Positions 27,353 through 37,124 of a stretch of 64,000 nucleotides of DNA are shown here, piece by piece; positions within the stretch are counted from its first letter, which is position 1; each line of letters opens with the position of its first letter. Source of the DNA: Acidimicrobiia bacterium (GTDB lineage Bacteria > Actinomycetota > Acidimicrobiia > Spongiisociales > ZC4RG35); NCBI GenBank assembly GCA_035292685.1, contig DATDPP010000079.1:102300-166299 (forward strand), given 5' to 3'. Both the position numbers and the translations under genes were made by a program. Below the pieces are notes generated by a model. The model was not told the DNA's origin and searched no databases. It worked only from the letters and a program-made list of their open reading frames with translations.

Positions 27353-27616
27353 ATGGCACAACGAGGACGTGAGGCCATGAGCAAGCGGGCCCGGGAAAGG
27401 ACCCGCCAGGAGAAGCAGGATGCCAAGCGCCAGCGGCGCGAAGATCGGGTCGAGGAGTCGGCGCTCGCCGAAGCGCCCGACGAGACAGCCCTGATGGAGG
27501 AGTTTGCGGGCCTCAGCGAGCAGTACGCCGCCAACCTCGTCAGCGAGACCCACTACTCCGAGGAGAGACACCGGATCTTCGTCGCACTGGGGATCGAGAC
27601 CGATCAGGACCAGTGA
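27353..27616 (+). CDS. small highly charged hypothetical protein
   Basis: A Lys/Arg/Glu-rich N-terminal half followed by an acidic C-terminal half. I recognise no family. Start ATG 27353 or 27377. Confidence 0.45.
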   Translation: MAQRGREAMSKRARERTRQEKQDAKRQRREDRVEESALAEAPDETALMEEFAGLSEQYAANLVSETHYSEERHRIFVALGIETDQDQ

Positions 27617-27623
27617 GCGACGA

Positions 27624-28583
27624 TCACCCCTGGCGGGTCACACATCTGAAGCCGAGATGCGAGGTGGAGGTGTCGATCGGCTCGGGGAAACGCGCAGCAG
27701 GTCGATATCGGCGGCAATAGTTTGGCGCACAGAGGTGGGATCCCCCCTTGATCACCTTGCGGGGGATGCGGATCTCAGGTTGTGAGGGATCGATGCTGGC
27801 CTCCTCCGCCCCACCACGAGGGTTGACAGGGGCACAACAGGCGTGGGCCACGGCCTCGGGGTGCCGGGTTGAGTACCAGGAAGTCGTCCATTCCCACACG
27901 TTGCCGATCATGTCGAACAACCCGTATCCGTTTGGCGGGAACGACCCCACCGGCGCCGTCCTCAGGTAGCCGTCGACCAGATCGTTCTGCCAGGGGAACT
28001 CTCCCTGCCAGACGTTGGCCATTGGCCGGCCTGCCGGCATGAGCTCGTCTCCCCAGGCGTACTCGGCACCCTCGAGGCCACCTCTGGCAGCTCGCTCCCA
28101 TTCGGCCTCCGTGGGCAGGTCCTTGCCCGCCCACGTGGCGTAGGCCATGGCGTCGCCGAAGTTGACGTGGACCACCGGGTGACCTTCCATCCCGGTCAGG
28201 GCGCTGTCCGGCCCTGTGGGGTTTCGCCAATCCGCCCCTTGGACAAAAGACCACCAGTTCCCGATATCGCTCATATCGACAGGCCCCGCAGGCGGAATGA
28301 AGACCAGCGACCCGGCGTAGAGCATGTGGGGCAGTGCCCCCGGGTACTCGGCAGGGTCGGGTGGGATCTCAGCTGTGGTCACGTACCCGGTGTCGGCCAC
28401 GAATTCGGCGAACTCGACGTTGGTCACTTGATGGCGGTCGAGGCTGAAACCGTCCACGGTCACCGCATGGGAGGGACGCTCCTCCGGATAGTGAGCGTTG
28501 GAGCCCATAGTGAAGGTCCCTTCGGGGATGGCAACCGTCTCCTTGGTGATGTTCTTCGGCATGTGACCTCGGGATCCGACCAC
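27624..28583 (-). CDS. formylglycine-generating enzyme family protein (SUMF1/FGE-sulfatase domain)
   Basis: FTMGSNAHYPEERPSHAVTVDGFSLDRHQVTNVEFAEFV and GNVWEWT motifs. Alternative ATG start at 28562. Confidence 0.85.
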   Translation of the reverse strand: MVGSRGHMPKNITKETVAIPEGTFTMGSNAHYPEERPSHAVTVDGFSLDRHQVTNVEFAEFVADTGYVTTAEIPPDPAEYPGALPHMLYAGSLVFIPPAGPVDMSDIGNWWSFVQGADWRNPTGPDSALTGMEGHPVVHVNFGDAMAYATWAGKDLPTEAEWERAARGGLEGAEYAWGDELMPAGRPMANVWQGEFPWQNDLVDGYLRTAPVGSFPPNGYGLFDMIGNVWEWTTSWYSTRHPEAVAHACCAPVNPRGGAEEASIDPSQPEIRIPRKVIKGGSHLCAPNYCRRYRPAARFPEPIDTSTSHLGFRCVTRQG

Positions 28584-28740
28584 GAATCTGAACCCACGGC
28601 AACCCTAGCTACCACCCCGATTGAAGGGTTCACCCTGAAGGGGTGACAAAAGACTCGTGATTGTTTCACCGAGGACCCTTTTGTCGAACCGTCGGGAATC
28701 GTTAACTTCGGGTTACTCAGCCACAAGGAGCCAACCCGCT

Positions 28741-31362
28741 TTGCCCCATCTCTTCGACTTCTCGGCCACTGATGGTTCCGACGCGGACCTGCTGGGAGGC
28801 AAAGGCGCCGGGTTGGCGCGAATGACCTCGCTCGGCCTTCCGGTGCCTCCAGGCTTCACTATCACCACCGAGGTCTGTCGGCTGACGATGAGGGACGGCC
28901 GCGTTCCCGAGAACCTGTGGGAAGAGGTCGACTCGGCAATCGCTCGTCTCGAGACCAGGACCGGGCGCACCTTCGGCGGGGGCCCGGTTCCGATCCTGCT
29001 CTCGGTGAGATCGGGCGCCAGGGCCTCGATGCCCGGAATGATGGACACCATCCTCAACCTGGGGCTCAACGACGAAGTGGTCAAGAACTTGATCGAGTGG
29101 TCAGGAGATCCACATTTCGCCTGGGACGCCTATCGCCGATTCGTGCAGATGTACGGCGACGTGGTCCTCGGTGTGGAACCGAGCCTGTTTCAGGAAGTTC
29201 TCGTCGAGCTCCGGAACGCGGCTGGAGTCGATGACGACACAGAGCTCGACACCGACGAACTCGAGACGGCTACTCGGAGCTTCCAGGAGATCGTCGAGGA
29301 GCTTCGACCCGGCGGGCTCCCCAGCGACCCCTATGAGCAGTTGCGGGGTGCGATCACCGCGGTCTTCAGCTCATGGAACACCAAGCGTGCCGTCGACTAC
29401 CGGAGGATCTACTCGATCCCCGACGACCTGGGCACGGCCGCCAATGTGCAGATGATGGTCTTTGGTGACCTCGGTGACGACTCGGGGACCGGTGTCTGCT
29501 TCACCCGGGATCCCGGAACCGGAGCTCACCTCATATACGGCGACTATCTCCCCCGGGCCCAAGGTGAGGATGTCGTGGCCGGCACCCGCAACCCTTTGAC
29601 GCTCGATCAGCTCGGAAAGCTCCACCCGGAATGTCACCACCAGTTGCTCGAGATCATGAGCGGTCTGGAAGCCCATTACCGCGACATGTGTGACATCGAG
29701 TTCACCATCGAGCGCAAGGTCCTGTACATCCTCCAGACCCGGGCCGGGAAACGAACCGCGGCCGCCGCAGTCAAGATGGCCGTGGCCATGGTGGACGAGG
29801 GTCTCATCGACCGCGCCACGGCGGTGAGGCGGGTCGCCCCCGCCTCCCTCGAGCAACTGCACCGCCCCCGGATCGCCGACCACGTGAAGCTCTCCGGCGC
29901 CGCCGTCATCGGTATCGCCGCCTCCCCGGGGGCCGCCATCGGCAAAGTTGTGTTCTCGTCCGACGCTGCCGTGGCCCAGGCAAGGGAAGGCGAAGCAGTG
30001 ATCCTCGTCCGCCCTGAGACGACACCCAACGACATTCACGGCATGGCGGCCGCGGTCGGGATCCTGACCAGTCAGGGCGGGAAGACCTCGCACGCCGCGG
30101 TGGTGGCCAGGGGCATGGGCAAGCCGGCAGTGACCGGGGCTGCGGACCTGAGCGTGGACGCCGGGGCCGGTTTGGCCCGAACGGTCGCCGATGAGATCCG
30201 GGTCGGTGACCTGGTGACGATCGACGGTTCCACCGGGGCGGTGTTCATCGGCAGCGTCGATGTCGTCGCCCCAGAGTCCCTACCCGAATTGCGCCGGCTG
30301 CTGGAGTGGGCCGATGAGATCAGGGCCCTGGGGGTGTGGGCCAACGCTGACAACGCCGAGGATGCGGCCATTGCCAGAAGCCTCGGCGCAGAAGGAATCG
30401 GCCTGGCGCGGACCGAGCACATGTTTCTCGGCGAGAGACTCCAAGTGGTGCAGCGAATCATCCTCTCCGAGGTCGAAGAGGAGCGCTCCTTCGCGCTGAT
30501 GGAATTGGAGCGTGTCCAGATCGGTGATTTCGAAGGCCTGCTCGAGGCGATGGATGGCCTGCCGGTGGTGATCAGGCTCCTCGACCCTCCGCTTCACGAA
30601 TTCCTGCCCTCTCGTTTCGAGTTGGAGCACGAGATGCGGCTCGACGCCAAGGAGGGCCTTCCCATCGACGACCTGCAGTCGATGTCCGAGCAGGTTGCCA
30701 GGTGGGAGGAGGACAACCCGATGCTCGGTTTGCGCGGCGTTCGGCTCGGCCTGATGGTCGACCACCTCTACCGGATGCAAGCTCGGGCCGCCTGTCATGC
30801 CCTGGTCAGGAGACTCCAGGCCGGGGGCCATCCCATACTCGAGATCATGATCCCTCTCGTTGCTGACGTGGAGGAGTTGATCCGCATGCGGGAGATGATC
30901 GAAGAGGAGGTCAAAGACGCAGCAGACCAGTCGGGGCTCCGACTGGAGGTTCCGGTGGGGACGATGATCGAGCTGCCTCGTGCCGCCCTGACCGCGGGGG
31001 CCATCGCTAAGGTCGCCGACTTTTTCTCGTTTGGAACCAATGACCTCACCCAGATGACGTACGGGCTGAGTAGGGACGACGCGGAAGCGCTGTTCCTCCG
31101 TGAATACCTGGAGCGGGGAATCCTGCCCTCGAACCCCTTTCAGACCCTCGACCGCGCCGGTGTTGGCCGCTTGGTTCGGGTGGCAGCCAAAGAGGGCAGG
31201 GAGGCAAACCCCGGGCTGACCCTCGGTCTCTGCGGCGAGCACGGAGGGGACCCCAAGTCGATTGCCTTCGTCCACGAGCTAGGACTCGACTACGTCTCGT
31301 GCAGCCCGCCCCGAATCGAGGGGGCACGGCTGGCCGCGGCCCAGGCCGCGCTGGCCGATTAA
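28741..31362 (+). CDS. ppdK: pyruvate, phosphate dikinase
   Basis: LLGGKGAGLARMTSLGLPVPPGFTITTE, phosphohistidine GGKTSHAAVVARGMGKPAV, and a C-terminal PEP-utilising domain. TTG 28741 lies 10 nt after AAGGAG; the longer ORF starts at GTG 28657. Confidence 0.9.
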   Translation: MPHLFDFSATDGSDADLLGGKGAGLARMTSLGLPVPPGFTITTEVCRLTMRDGRVPENLWEEVDSAIARLETRTGRTFGGGPVPILLSVRSGARASMPGMMDTILNLGLNDEVVKNLIEWSGDPHFAWDAYRRFVQMYGDVVLGVEPSLFQEVLVELRNAAGVDDDTELDTDELETATRSFQEIVEELRPGGLPSDPYEQLRGAITAVFSSWNTKRAVDYRRIYSIPDDLGTAANVQMMVFGDLGDDSGTGVCFTRDPGTGAHLIYGDYLPRAQGEDVVAGTRNPLTLDQLGKLHPECHHQLLEIMSGLEAHYRDMCDIEFTIERKVLYILQTRAGKRTAAAAVKMAVAMVDEGLIDRATAVRRVAPASLEQLHRPRIADHVKLSGAAVIGIAASPGAAIGKVVFSSDAAVAQAREGEAVILVRPETTPNDIHGMAAAVGILTSQGGKTSHAAVVARGMGKPAVTGAADLSVDAGAGLARTVADEIRVGDLVTIDGSTGAVFIGSVDVVAPESLPELRRLLEWADEIRALGVWANADNAEDAAIARSLGAEGIGLARTEHMFLGERLQVVQRIILSEVEEERSFALMELERVQIGDFEGLLEAMDGLPVVIRLLDPPLHEFLPSRFELEHEMRLDAKEGLPIDDLQSMSEQVARWEEDNPMLGLRGVRLGLMVDHLYRMQARAACHALVRRLQAGGHPILEIMIPLVADVEELIRMREMIEEEVKDAADQSGLRLEVPVGTMIELPRAALTAGAIAKVADFFSFGTNDLTQMTYGLSRDDAEALFLREYLERGILPSNPFQTLDRAGVGRLVRVAAKEGREANPGLTLGLCGEHGGDPKSIAFVHELGLDYVSCSPPRIEGARLAAAQAALAD

Positions 31363-32084
31363 CGCCCCACAAGCTTCTCGATCGCATCGACCAGGGCACC
31401 TACGCCCTCACCGGTGAGGGCGGTGGTGGTCAACACCTCGGACCCCGACTCTCCGGCGGCGCCCAGCAGGGCGTGTCGCACCTCGTCGACGCCCGGCCGA
31501 TCGGCCTTGTTGACCACGAATAGGTCGGCGATCTCGATCACCCCGGCCTTCTCGGCCTGGATCTGGTCACCCCACCCTGGTCCCACGACCAACACCACCA
31601 CCTCGACCAGGTTCATCACCTCGATCTCGGACTGACCCACACCCACCGTCTCCACGAGCACAAAGTCGAATCCGGCATTGGAAAGGATGTCGATAGTCGA
31701 CCCTGCCGCCGCCGCCAGCCCACCAAGATGCCCGCGGGTGGCCATGGAGCGGATATAGACCCCATCGTCCTCGACATGACCTTGCATTCGGATCCGGTCC
31801 CCGAGCAGTGCCCCGCCGGTGAGCGGGCTGGAAGGATCCACCGCTAGCACCGCAACGGAGAGAGAACGCGACCTCAGTTCGGTGATGATCGCGCTGATCA
31901 GCGTGGACTTTCCGGCCCCGGGGGGACCGGTGACCCCGATGCGCCTCGCTGATTGCCCTTCTCGACTCAGGGTGCCCACAGCCTCGACGACGTCGGGCTC
32001 ACCCGATTCGATCGCCGTCACCAGGCGAGCCAGAGCGGCCCGATCACCGGTACGAACGAGATCGATCAGCTCGCTCGAGCTCAT
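31359..32084 (-). CDS. MeaB/ArgK-like G3E-family GTPase, short form
   Basis: GVTGPPGAGKSTL P-loop, VAVLAVDPSSPLTGGALLGDRIRM, NKADR. At 241 aa it lacks the usual C-terminal extension. Confidence 0.8.
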   Translation of the reverse strand: MSSSELIDLVRTGDRAALARLVTAIESGEPDVVEAVGTLSREGQSARRIGVTGPPGAGKSTLISAIITELRSRSLSVAVLAVDPSSPLTGGALLGDRIRMQGHVEDDGVYIRSMATRGHLGGLAAAAGSTIDILSNAGFDFVLVETVGVGQSEIEVMNLVEVVVLVVGPGWGDQIQAEKAGVIEIADLFVVNKADRPGVDEVRHALLGAAGESGSEVLTTTALTGEGVGALVDAIEKLVGR

Positions 32085-32104
32085 CGGGGAAAGCCTAAGA
32101 CCGG

Positions 32105-32539
32105 TCAGACCGAATCGGGGGAGTCCAGCAGATGCCCGGGAAGGGAGATCCCGCCATGCATGGGTAGAGCGGCGTCTTCGTCGAGCGTGGGGGCGTCGGC
32201 GCTGGCGTTGACTTCCTCGACACCGGGCACCCGATCCATCAGTATCCGTTCAATCCCCGCCTTGAGGGTCATCATCGACAGCGGGCAACCCCCGCAAGCC
32301 CCCACCATCTGGATGTTGACGGTCCCCCCCTCGGTCCCGAGCAGGATCAAATCACCGCCGTCGGCCTGGACGGCCGGGCGGATGTACTCCAGGGTCTCGG
32401 CGAGCTTCTCCTGGTCGATTTCGGGCCGATCGGCTGAATTGGCGGACGCGATCGTCACTGGGGTGGCTGATGTCATCGTTTGGTAGAACCAGTTGTAGAG
32501 GTCGACTGTTCCAAATTCTAAGGGCTTGCCGGCAATCAC
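32105..32539 (-). CDS. NifU/Nfu-type Fe-S cluster scaffold-like protein
   Basis: IRPAVQADGGDLILLG...VNIQMVGACGGCPLSMMTLKAGIE (Nfu C-terminal CxxC). Confidence 0.75.
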   Translation of the reverse strand: MIAGKPLEFGTVDLYNWFYQTMTSATPVTIASANSADRPEIDQEKLAETLEYIRPAVQADGGDLILLGTEGGTVNIQMVGACGGCPLSMMTLKAGIERILMDRVPGVEEVNASADAPTLDEDAALPMHGGISLPGHLLDSPDSV

Positions 32540-32548
32540 CTAATCGGC

Positions 32549-33799
32549 TCATCCCCTGGAGACAAGGGCTCCCAGGGCACCGAGACGACCCGTGAAGTCC
32601 TCATACCCGCGATCGATATGCTCGGCATCGCCGACGGATGTGGTGCCATCGGCACGCAGCCCGGCCAGAACCAGGGCCGCCCCCGCCCGGATATCAGGCG
32701 CCAGGACCGGACATCCGGAAAGCCGATCGACACCGCGAACGATGGCATGCTGCACCTCGATGGTGATATCGGCACCCATCCGGGCCAGTTCGCCCACATA
32801 GCGAAAACGCGAGTCATAGAGGTTTTCGGTGATCACCGAGGTTCCCGAGGCCACTGTGAGCAAGGCCACCATTTGTGGGTGCATATCGGTGTGGAAACCG
32901 GGAAAGGGAAGCGTGGCGAAGTCGACATGTGTTGGTCGCTCGGGGCCGATCACCCTGAGCCATCCGTCGCCGCGTTCGACCTGGGCCCCGGTTTCCTCGA
33001 GTTTCATCAGTTCCATCCGGAGATGGGTAGGTGCGCACCCGGTAACGGTCACGTCCCCCCCGGTGATGGCGGCGGCGACGGCATAGGTCCCGGCCTCGAG
33101 TCGGTCGGGGATCACCCGGTGCTCGACTGCGGAGAGGGCTTCCACCCCGACGACGGTGACCAGCGAGGTCCCGCCGCCGGTGATGTCGGCGCCCATCGCC
33201 ACCAGATGATCGATCAAGTCGAGGATCTCGGGCTCGCGCGCCGCGTTCACGATCACCGTTTCCCCCTCGGCGGTGGCGCCGGCGAACAACAGACTCTCCG
33301 TGGCGCCCACCGATGGGAAGGGCAACTCGACCTCGGTTCCCTTGAACCGGCCGTCCAGTGCTCCGACGAGCTCACCGTGAACCAGTTCGAATTCTGCCCC
33401 CATGGCCTCGAGACCGCCGAGATGCATGTCGATGGGCCTGGCCCCCAGGTCGTCGCCACCGGGAAGCGCCACCCTGGCAACACCGGTCCTGGCGAGAAGG
33501 GGGGCCAAGACGACGATCGACGCCCGCATCTGGCGCACCAACTCGATCGGCGCCTCCGGGTTGAGCTCGTCAGGGACCAATAACCAGAGCTCTTCATTGC
33601 CCTGTTCGACACGACAACCGAGGTGCTCCAGAACCTGGGACATCAGCTCGACATCGAGGATGGTGGGGACGTTGGTCAGATGATGACGCCCGGGGGCGAG
33701 CAGGGCAGAAACCATCTCCTTGAGCACCGCGTTCTTGGCGCCGCGCACCCCGACGGTTCCCTGGAGACGCGCTCCACCCTCGACGACGATCACGGACAT
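32549..33799 (-). CDS. murA: UDP-N-acetylglucosamine 1-carboxyvinyltransferase
   Basis: MSVIVVEGGARLQGTVGVRGAKNAVL N-terminus and full-length EPSP-synthase-fold similarity. Confidence 0.92.
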   Translation of the reverse strand: MSVIVVEGGARLQGTVGVRGAKNAVLKEMVSALLAPGRHHLTNVPTILDVELMSQVLEHLGCRVEQGNEELWLLVPDELNPEAPIELVRQMRASIVVLAPLLARTGVARVALPGGDDLGARPIDMHLGGLEAMGAEFELVHGELVGALDGRFKGTEVELPFPSVGATESLLFAGATAEGETVIVNAAREPEILDLIDHLVAMGADITGGGTSLVTVVGVEALSAVEHRVIPDRLEAGTYAVAAAITGGDVTVTGCAPTHLRMELMKLEETGAQVERGDGWLRVIGPERPTHVDFATLPFPGFHTDMHPQMVALLTVASGTSVITENLYDSRFRYVGELARMGADITIEVQHAIVRGVDRLSGCPVLAPDIRAGAALVLAGLRADGTTSVGDAEHIDRGYEDFTGRLGALGALVSRG

Positions 33800-33881
33800 C
33801 GCGTCGAATGTAACCACCCCGTGCCGCCAACCACACGTTGGTTCCGGTCCGGAAGGGTGGCATGGCTACCCTGCCGCGGCC

Positions 33882-34322
33882 ATGAGAATCGCACTGGGCT
33901 CCGATCATGCCGGATACTCGATGAAGGAGTACCTGGCTTCGTGGCTGGCCGAATCCGGTCATGCCGTATATGACCTGGGCACTCATTCGGCCGAGCCGGT
34001 CGACTATCCCGATTATGCGGCCGCGGTGGGTCAGGCGGTCCTGGACGGGCGGGCCGACCGCGGGATCGTCATCTGCGGTTCAGGGGCCGGGGCCTCGGTG
34101 GCGGCCAGCAAACTGAACGGGATCAGAGCGGCCGTGGCCCACGACATGTACACCGCGCATCAGATGGTGGAGCACGATGACGTCAACGTGATCTGCCTCG
34201 GGTCGAGGGTGATCGGGTTCTCGCTGGCGCAGGACCTGGTGAGCACCTTCCTCAACGCCAAGTTCAGCCGCGAAGATCGTCACATACGGCGGCTGGAGAA
34301 GATTCGGTCTCTGGAGACCTGA
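33882..34322 (+). CDS. rpiB: ribose-5-phosphate isomerase B
   Basis: MRIALGSDHAGY...GIVICGSGAGASVAASK; ATG 33882 lies inside ORF 33720..34322. Confidence 0.9.
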   Translation: MRIALGSDHAGYSMKEYLASWLAESGHAVYDLGTHSAEPVDYPDYAAAVGQAVLDGRADRGIVICGSGAGASVAASKLNGIRAAVAHDMYTAHQMVEHDDVNVICLGSRVIGFSLAQDLVSTFLNAKFSREDRHIRRLEKIRSLET

Positions 34323-34325
34323 GCC

Positions 34326-34982
34326 TCAGCCGACGCTTTCCAGGGCGAGCTGGCTCAACGCATTGAGCCCGTCGACGCCGATCTCACCAGCAATTCTCTG
34401 CACCACCTTGTTGTCCCCATCCAGCACCACATACATGGGAGTGCTCGCCATCCCGTAGGCGGCAGCCGCGGTGCCGATCTCGTCGTCCATGATCACCGGC
34501 AACGTCCACCCCTCGGCTTCGAGCCAATCCTGAGGAGGCCAGTTGGGACGGAGTTGGTCGGTGAAGACAGTCAACGAGTACATGTCGACCCCTTCGGGAA
34601 GCCCACCGTCGTTGATCCATTGCTGGATCACCGGAACTTCGTTCTGGCAGTGGGGGCACCAGTGGGCCAGGAGGACCAGGAGCTTTGGCCTCCCGTCAGC
34701 AGTGATGCTGTATTGGTTTCCCTTCCAGTCGCTGCCGCTGACCGCCGCCGCCGTGAGACCGACCGCGGCATCGTTCAACGGGTCGGCGAAGAGCGGGAGC
34801 GGGTCGCCCTCCATGGTGATCTCGCCAAACCCGATGCTGGCGTCGAGTTCCTGCTCGCCGGCGATCGAGATGGCGAGAAGGATGATCAACCCGAGCCCGA
34901 CCACCCCTCCGAGGATCCACCACAGGGTGCTCAGATTGCTGCCTTTCTTGGCCGGGGGTTTCCTCTGAGTGCGCTGGGTCAT
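34326..34982 (-). CDS. membrane-anchored thioredoxin-fold thiol:disulfide oxidoreductase (TlpA/ResA-like)
   Basis: N-terminal TM helix and the WCPHC active site. Confidence 0.8.
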   Translation of the reverse strand: MTQRTQRKPPAKKGSNLSTLWWILGGVVGLGLIILLAISIAGEQELDASIGFGEITMEGDPLPLFADPLNDAAVGLTAAAVSGSDWKGNQYSITADGRPKLLVLLAHWCPHCQNEVPVIQQWINDGGLPEGVDMYSLTVFTDQLRPNWPPQDWLEAEGWTLPVIMDDEIGTAAAAYGMASTPMYVVLDGDNKVVQRIAGEIGVDGLNALSQLALESVG

Positions 34983-35515
34983 AATTCGTTGTTCCCGGTT
35001 TTCACGTAGAGGGCGAGAAGCACGGAGATCAAGATAAACCCGGCGCCGGCCATAAACGGGATGTCGAGGAAACCGAATACTTCGACATTGCGAGCGGAGC
35101 AGGGGTTGAGCGGGTCACAGGAGCCGCCTTCGAGGCTGGGGTAGAACTGGATCACGTTGTGGTAGATCGAGATTGCGAGCCCGATCAGGGCCAGTGGGAG
35201 GGCGTAGTACTTGACCACCGCTTCCCGCCGGATCGCACCCACCAGGAGGATGATCGCCAGCGGGTACATGGCGATCCGCTGGAACCAGCACAAACGACAG
35301 GGCACGAAGTGGATGACCTCGGAGTAGATCAACGACCCGACGGTGGCCACCAACGCCACCACCCAGGCCAGCCAGATCGCCTTGTCGCCCAGGAGGTATG
35401 CCGCCTCCGGCCCCTTCGCCATCCGATAGATGACAAGACCCAACGCAGCCGCCAGCGCCACCAGGGACAGCATGGCAAGGACGATGTTGTAGAGATTCGT
35501 GGCTTCGATCGACAT
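34979..35515 (-). CDS. DsbB/BdbC-family disulfide bond formation protein
   Basis: Four TM helices and PCRLCWFQRIAMYP. Its stop overlaps the downstream thioredoxin-like gene start. Confidence 0.8.
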   Translation of the reverse strand: MSIEATNLYNIVLAMLSLVALAAALGLVIYRMAKGPEAAYLLGDKAIWLAWVVALVATVGSLIYSEVIHFVPCRLCWFQRIAMYPLAIILLVGAIRREAVVKYYALPLALIGLAISIYHNVIQFYPSLEGGSCDPLNPCSARNVEVFGFLDIPFMAGAGFILISVLLALYVKTGNNEL

Positions 35516-35533
35516 TGGGTTTCTCTTGGTGGG

Positions 35534-35606
35534 CAGTCCCGACCGGATTCGAACCGGCGTTTCCGGCTTGAAAGGCCGGCGTCCTGGGCCTCTGGACGAC
35601 GGGACC
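35534..35606 (-). tRNA. tRNA-Glu (anticodon TTC)
   Basis: Manual cloverleaf: GGTCCCG/TC/GTCC-AGAGGCCCA-GGAC/G/CCGGC-CTTTCAA-GCCGG/AAAC/GCCGG-TTCGAAT-CCGGT/CGGGACT/G. CCA is not encoded. It lies directly downstream of gltX. Confidence 0.9.
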
Positions 35607-35650
35607 TGGAAGGGGAAGGATACCTGGTCACCGACTGGTATCCCCCACCA

Positions 35651-35701
35651 CGTAATTGGGACGCTCAGGTGTCACATGCGGACCTGTAGATCCCAATTAC
35701 G
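35651..35701. repeat. 51-bp palindromic element, copy 1 (CGTAATTGGGA-N29-TCCCAATTACG)
   Basis: 11-bp perfect terminal inverted repeats and an inner CAGGT/ACCTG stem. The right arm contains the gltX stop codon. A second copy lies at 39544..39594. Confidence 0.7.
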
Positions 35702-37124
35702 GGGAAGGAAGCCTCCCAAGGGCCCTCTCCAGACGCTCCAGAGTCTTCTCTTTCCCCAGCGCCGCCATCGACTCGAAGAGCGGTGGGCTCACCGAGGACC
35801 CGGTCACCGCCACCCGCAGCGGCTGAAGACCCTTGGCGGCCCCGATCCCCATCTCCTCGACCATCCCCCTCAACACCGGCTCGATGACCTCGGCCCTCCA
35901 ATCGTCGACGGTTTCGAGCCGCGAGCGGGCCTCGGTGATGATCCCGGCCACGCCCTCCCCGGTCATCACCTTCCCCCACGACGTCTCGTCGTATTCGTCG
36001 AAGTCCGCGAAGAGAAACACCACTTGCTCGCCGGCCTCGGGAAGGAATCGGGTTCGCTCCTGGACCAAGCCGGCGATCGATTCGAAACGGATCCATTCCG
36101 CCGAGTCGAGGGATCGCCCGACCGCGCTTTCGACATGCGGCCTGACCAGCTCCAGAAACCGATCCGGCGACAGCGCCCGGATGTACTCGCCGTTCATCCA
36201 GGCCAGCTTCTCGGGATCGAACACCGCCGGGTTGCTGGAGACCTCGCCGAGGTCGAAGGCGGCCACCGCCTCCGCCCTGGAGAAGATGGTGGTCTCGGCA
36301 TCGAGGGACCACCCGAGCAAGGACAAATAGTTGAAGACTGCGTCTGCCAGATAGCCCTCATCCCGATACACCGAAAGCGAGACAGCGGCGAAGCGCTTCG
36401 AGAGTTTCTTACCGTCGGTGCCGAACAGCAACGGAAGATGGGCATAGGTGGCCTCGGTGGCTCCCATTGCCCGGGCGAGCAGGATGTGCTTGGGTGTCGA
36501 CGGCAGCAAATCCTCGCCTCTAGCCACATGTGTGATCTCGTAGTCGACATCGTCCACGGTCGAGGCGAGGTGATAGGTGGGTGTGCCGTCGCTGCGCAGG
36601 ATCACGAAGTCGTCGATGTCGCGCGGCTCGAAACTCACAGCCCCCCGGACCAGGTCATCAAAAGCCACCGGTGCATCCTGCGGGATGGAAAGGCGGATGG
36701 CTCCGGTCTCGGCAGCTCGGTCCGCTCGCCGGATGTAGTGACCAGGATGCTTCCCCTCGCTCTGGGCGCGGGCCCGAAGCTCTTCGAGTTCCTCGGGCGA
36801 TCGGTTGTCGTAGTAGGCGGCGCCTTCTGTCACCAATTGGCCGGCGACCTCCCGGTACCTCTCGTAGCGGTCGGACTGTCGATAGCTGCCGTGTGGCCCG
36901 CCGACCTCGACTCCTTCGTCCCAGTCCAGACCCAGCCAGCGCAGGGAGTCGAGGATGTCAGCCTCGAACTGCGGTGTCGAGCGCTCCCGATCGGTGTCGT
37001 CGATGCGGACGATGAACACGCCGCCTTTATGTCGTGCGTAGAGCCAGTTGAAGAGGGCAGCCCGGGCCGTGCCGACATGGAGATACCCGGTAGGGGAGGG
37101 AGCTATCCGAACCCGGACCGTCAC
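35697..37124 (-). CDS. gltX: glutamate--tRNA ligase
   Basis: RIAPSPTGYLHVGTARAALFNW (HIGH region), KLSKR (KMSKS region), 475 aa. Confidence 0.93.
   Translation of the reverse strand: MTVRVRIAPSPTGYLHVGTARAALFNWLYARHKGGVFIVRIDDTDRERSTPQFEADILDSLRWLGLDWDEGVEVGGPHGSYRQSDRYERYREVAGQLVTEGAAYYDNRSPEELEELRARAQSEGKHPGHYIRRADRAAETGAIRLSIPQDAPVAFDDLVRGAVSFEPRDIDDFVILRSDGTPTYHLASTVDDVDYEITHVARGEDLLPSTPKHILLARAMGATEATYAHLPLLFGTDGKKLSKRFAAVSLSVYRDEGYLADAVFNYLSLLGWSLDAETTIFSRAEAVAAFDLGEVSSNPAVFDPEKLAWMNGEYIRALSPDRFLELVRPHVESAVGRSLDSAEWIRFESIAGLVQERTRFLPEAGEQVVFLFADFDEYDETSWGKVMTGEGVAGIITEARSRLETVDDWRAEVIEPVLRGMVEEMGIGAAKGLQPLRVAVTGSSVSPPLFESMAALGKEKTLERLERALGRLPSP

Noticed and set aside
28627-28647. Inverted repeat TTCACCC-tgaag-GGGTGAC in the FGE/ppdK divergent region
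   Set aside because: It is a plausible operator, but it is short (6-7 bp arms) and unique in the window. The evidence is insufficient.
31359-31362. Convergent ppdK and meaB-like genes share a palindromic TTAA, so their two TAA stops overlap
   Set aside because: It is real in the sequence but probably a trivial consequence of gene packing. It is not reported as a finding.
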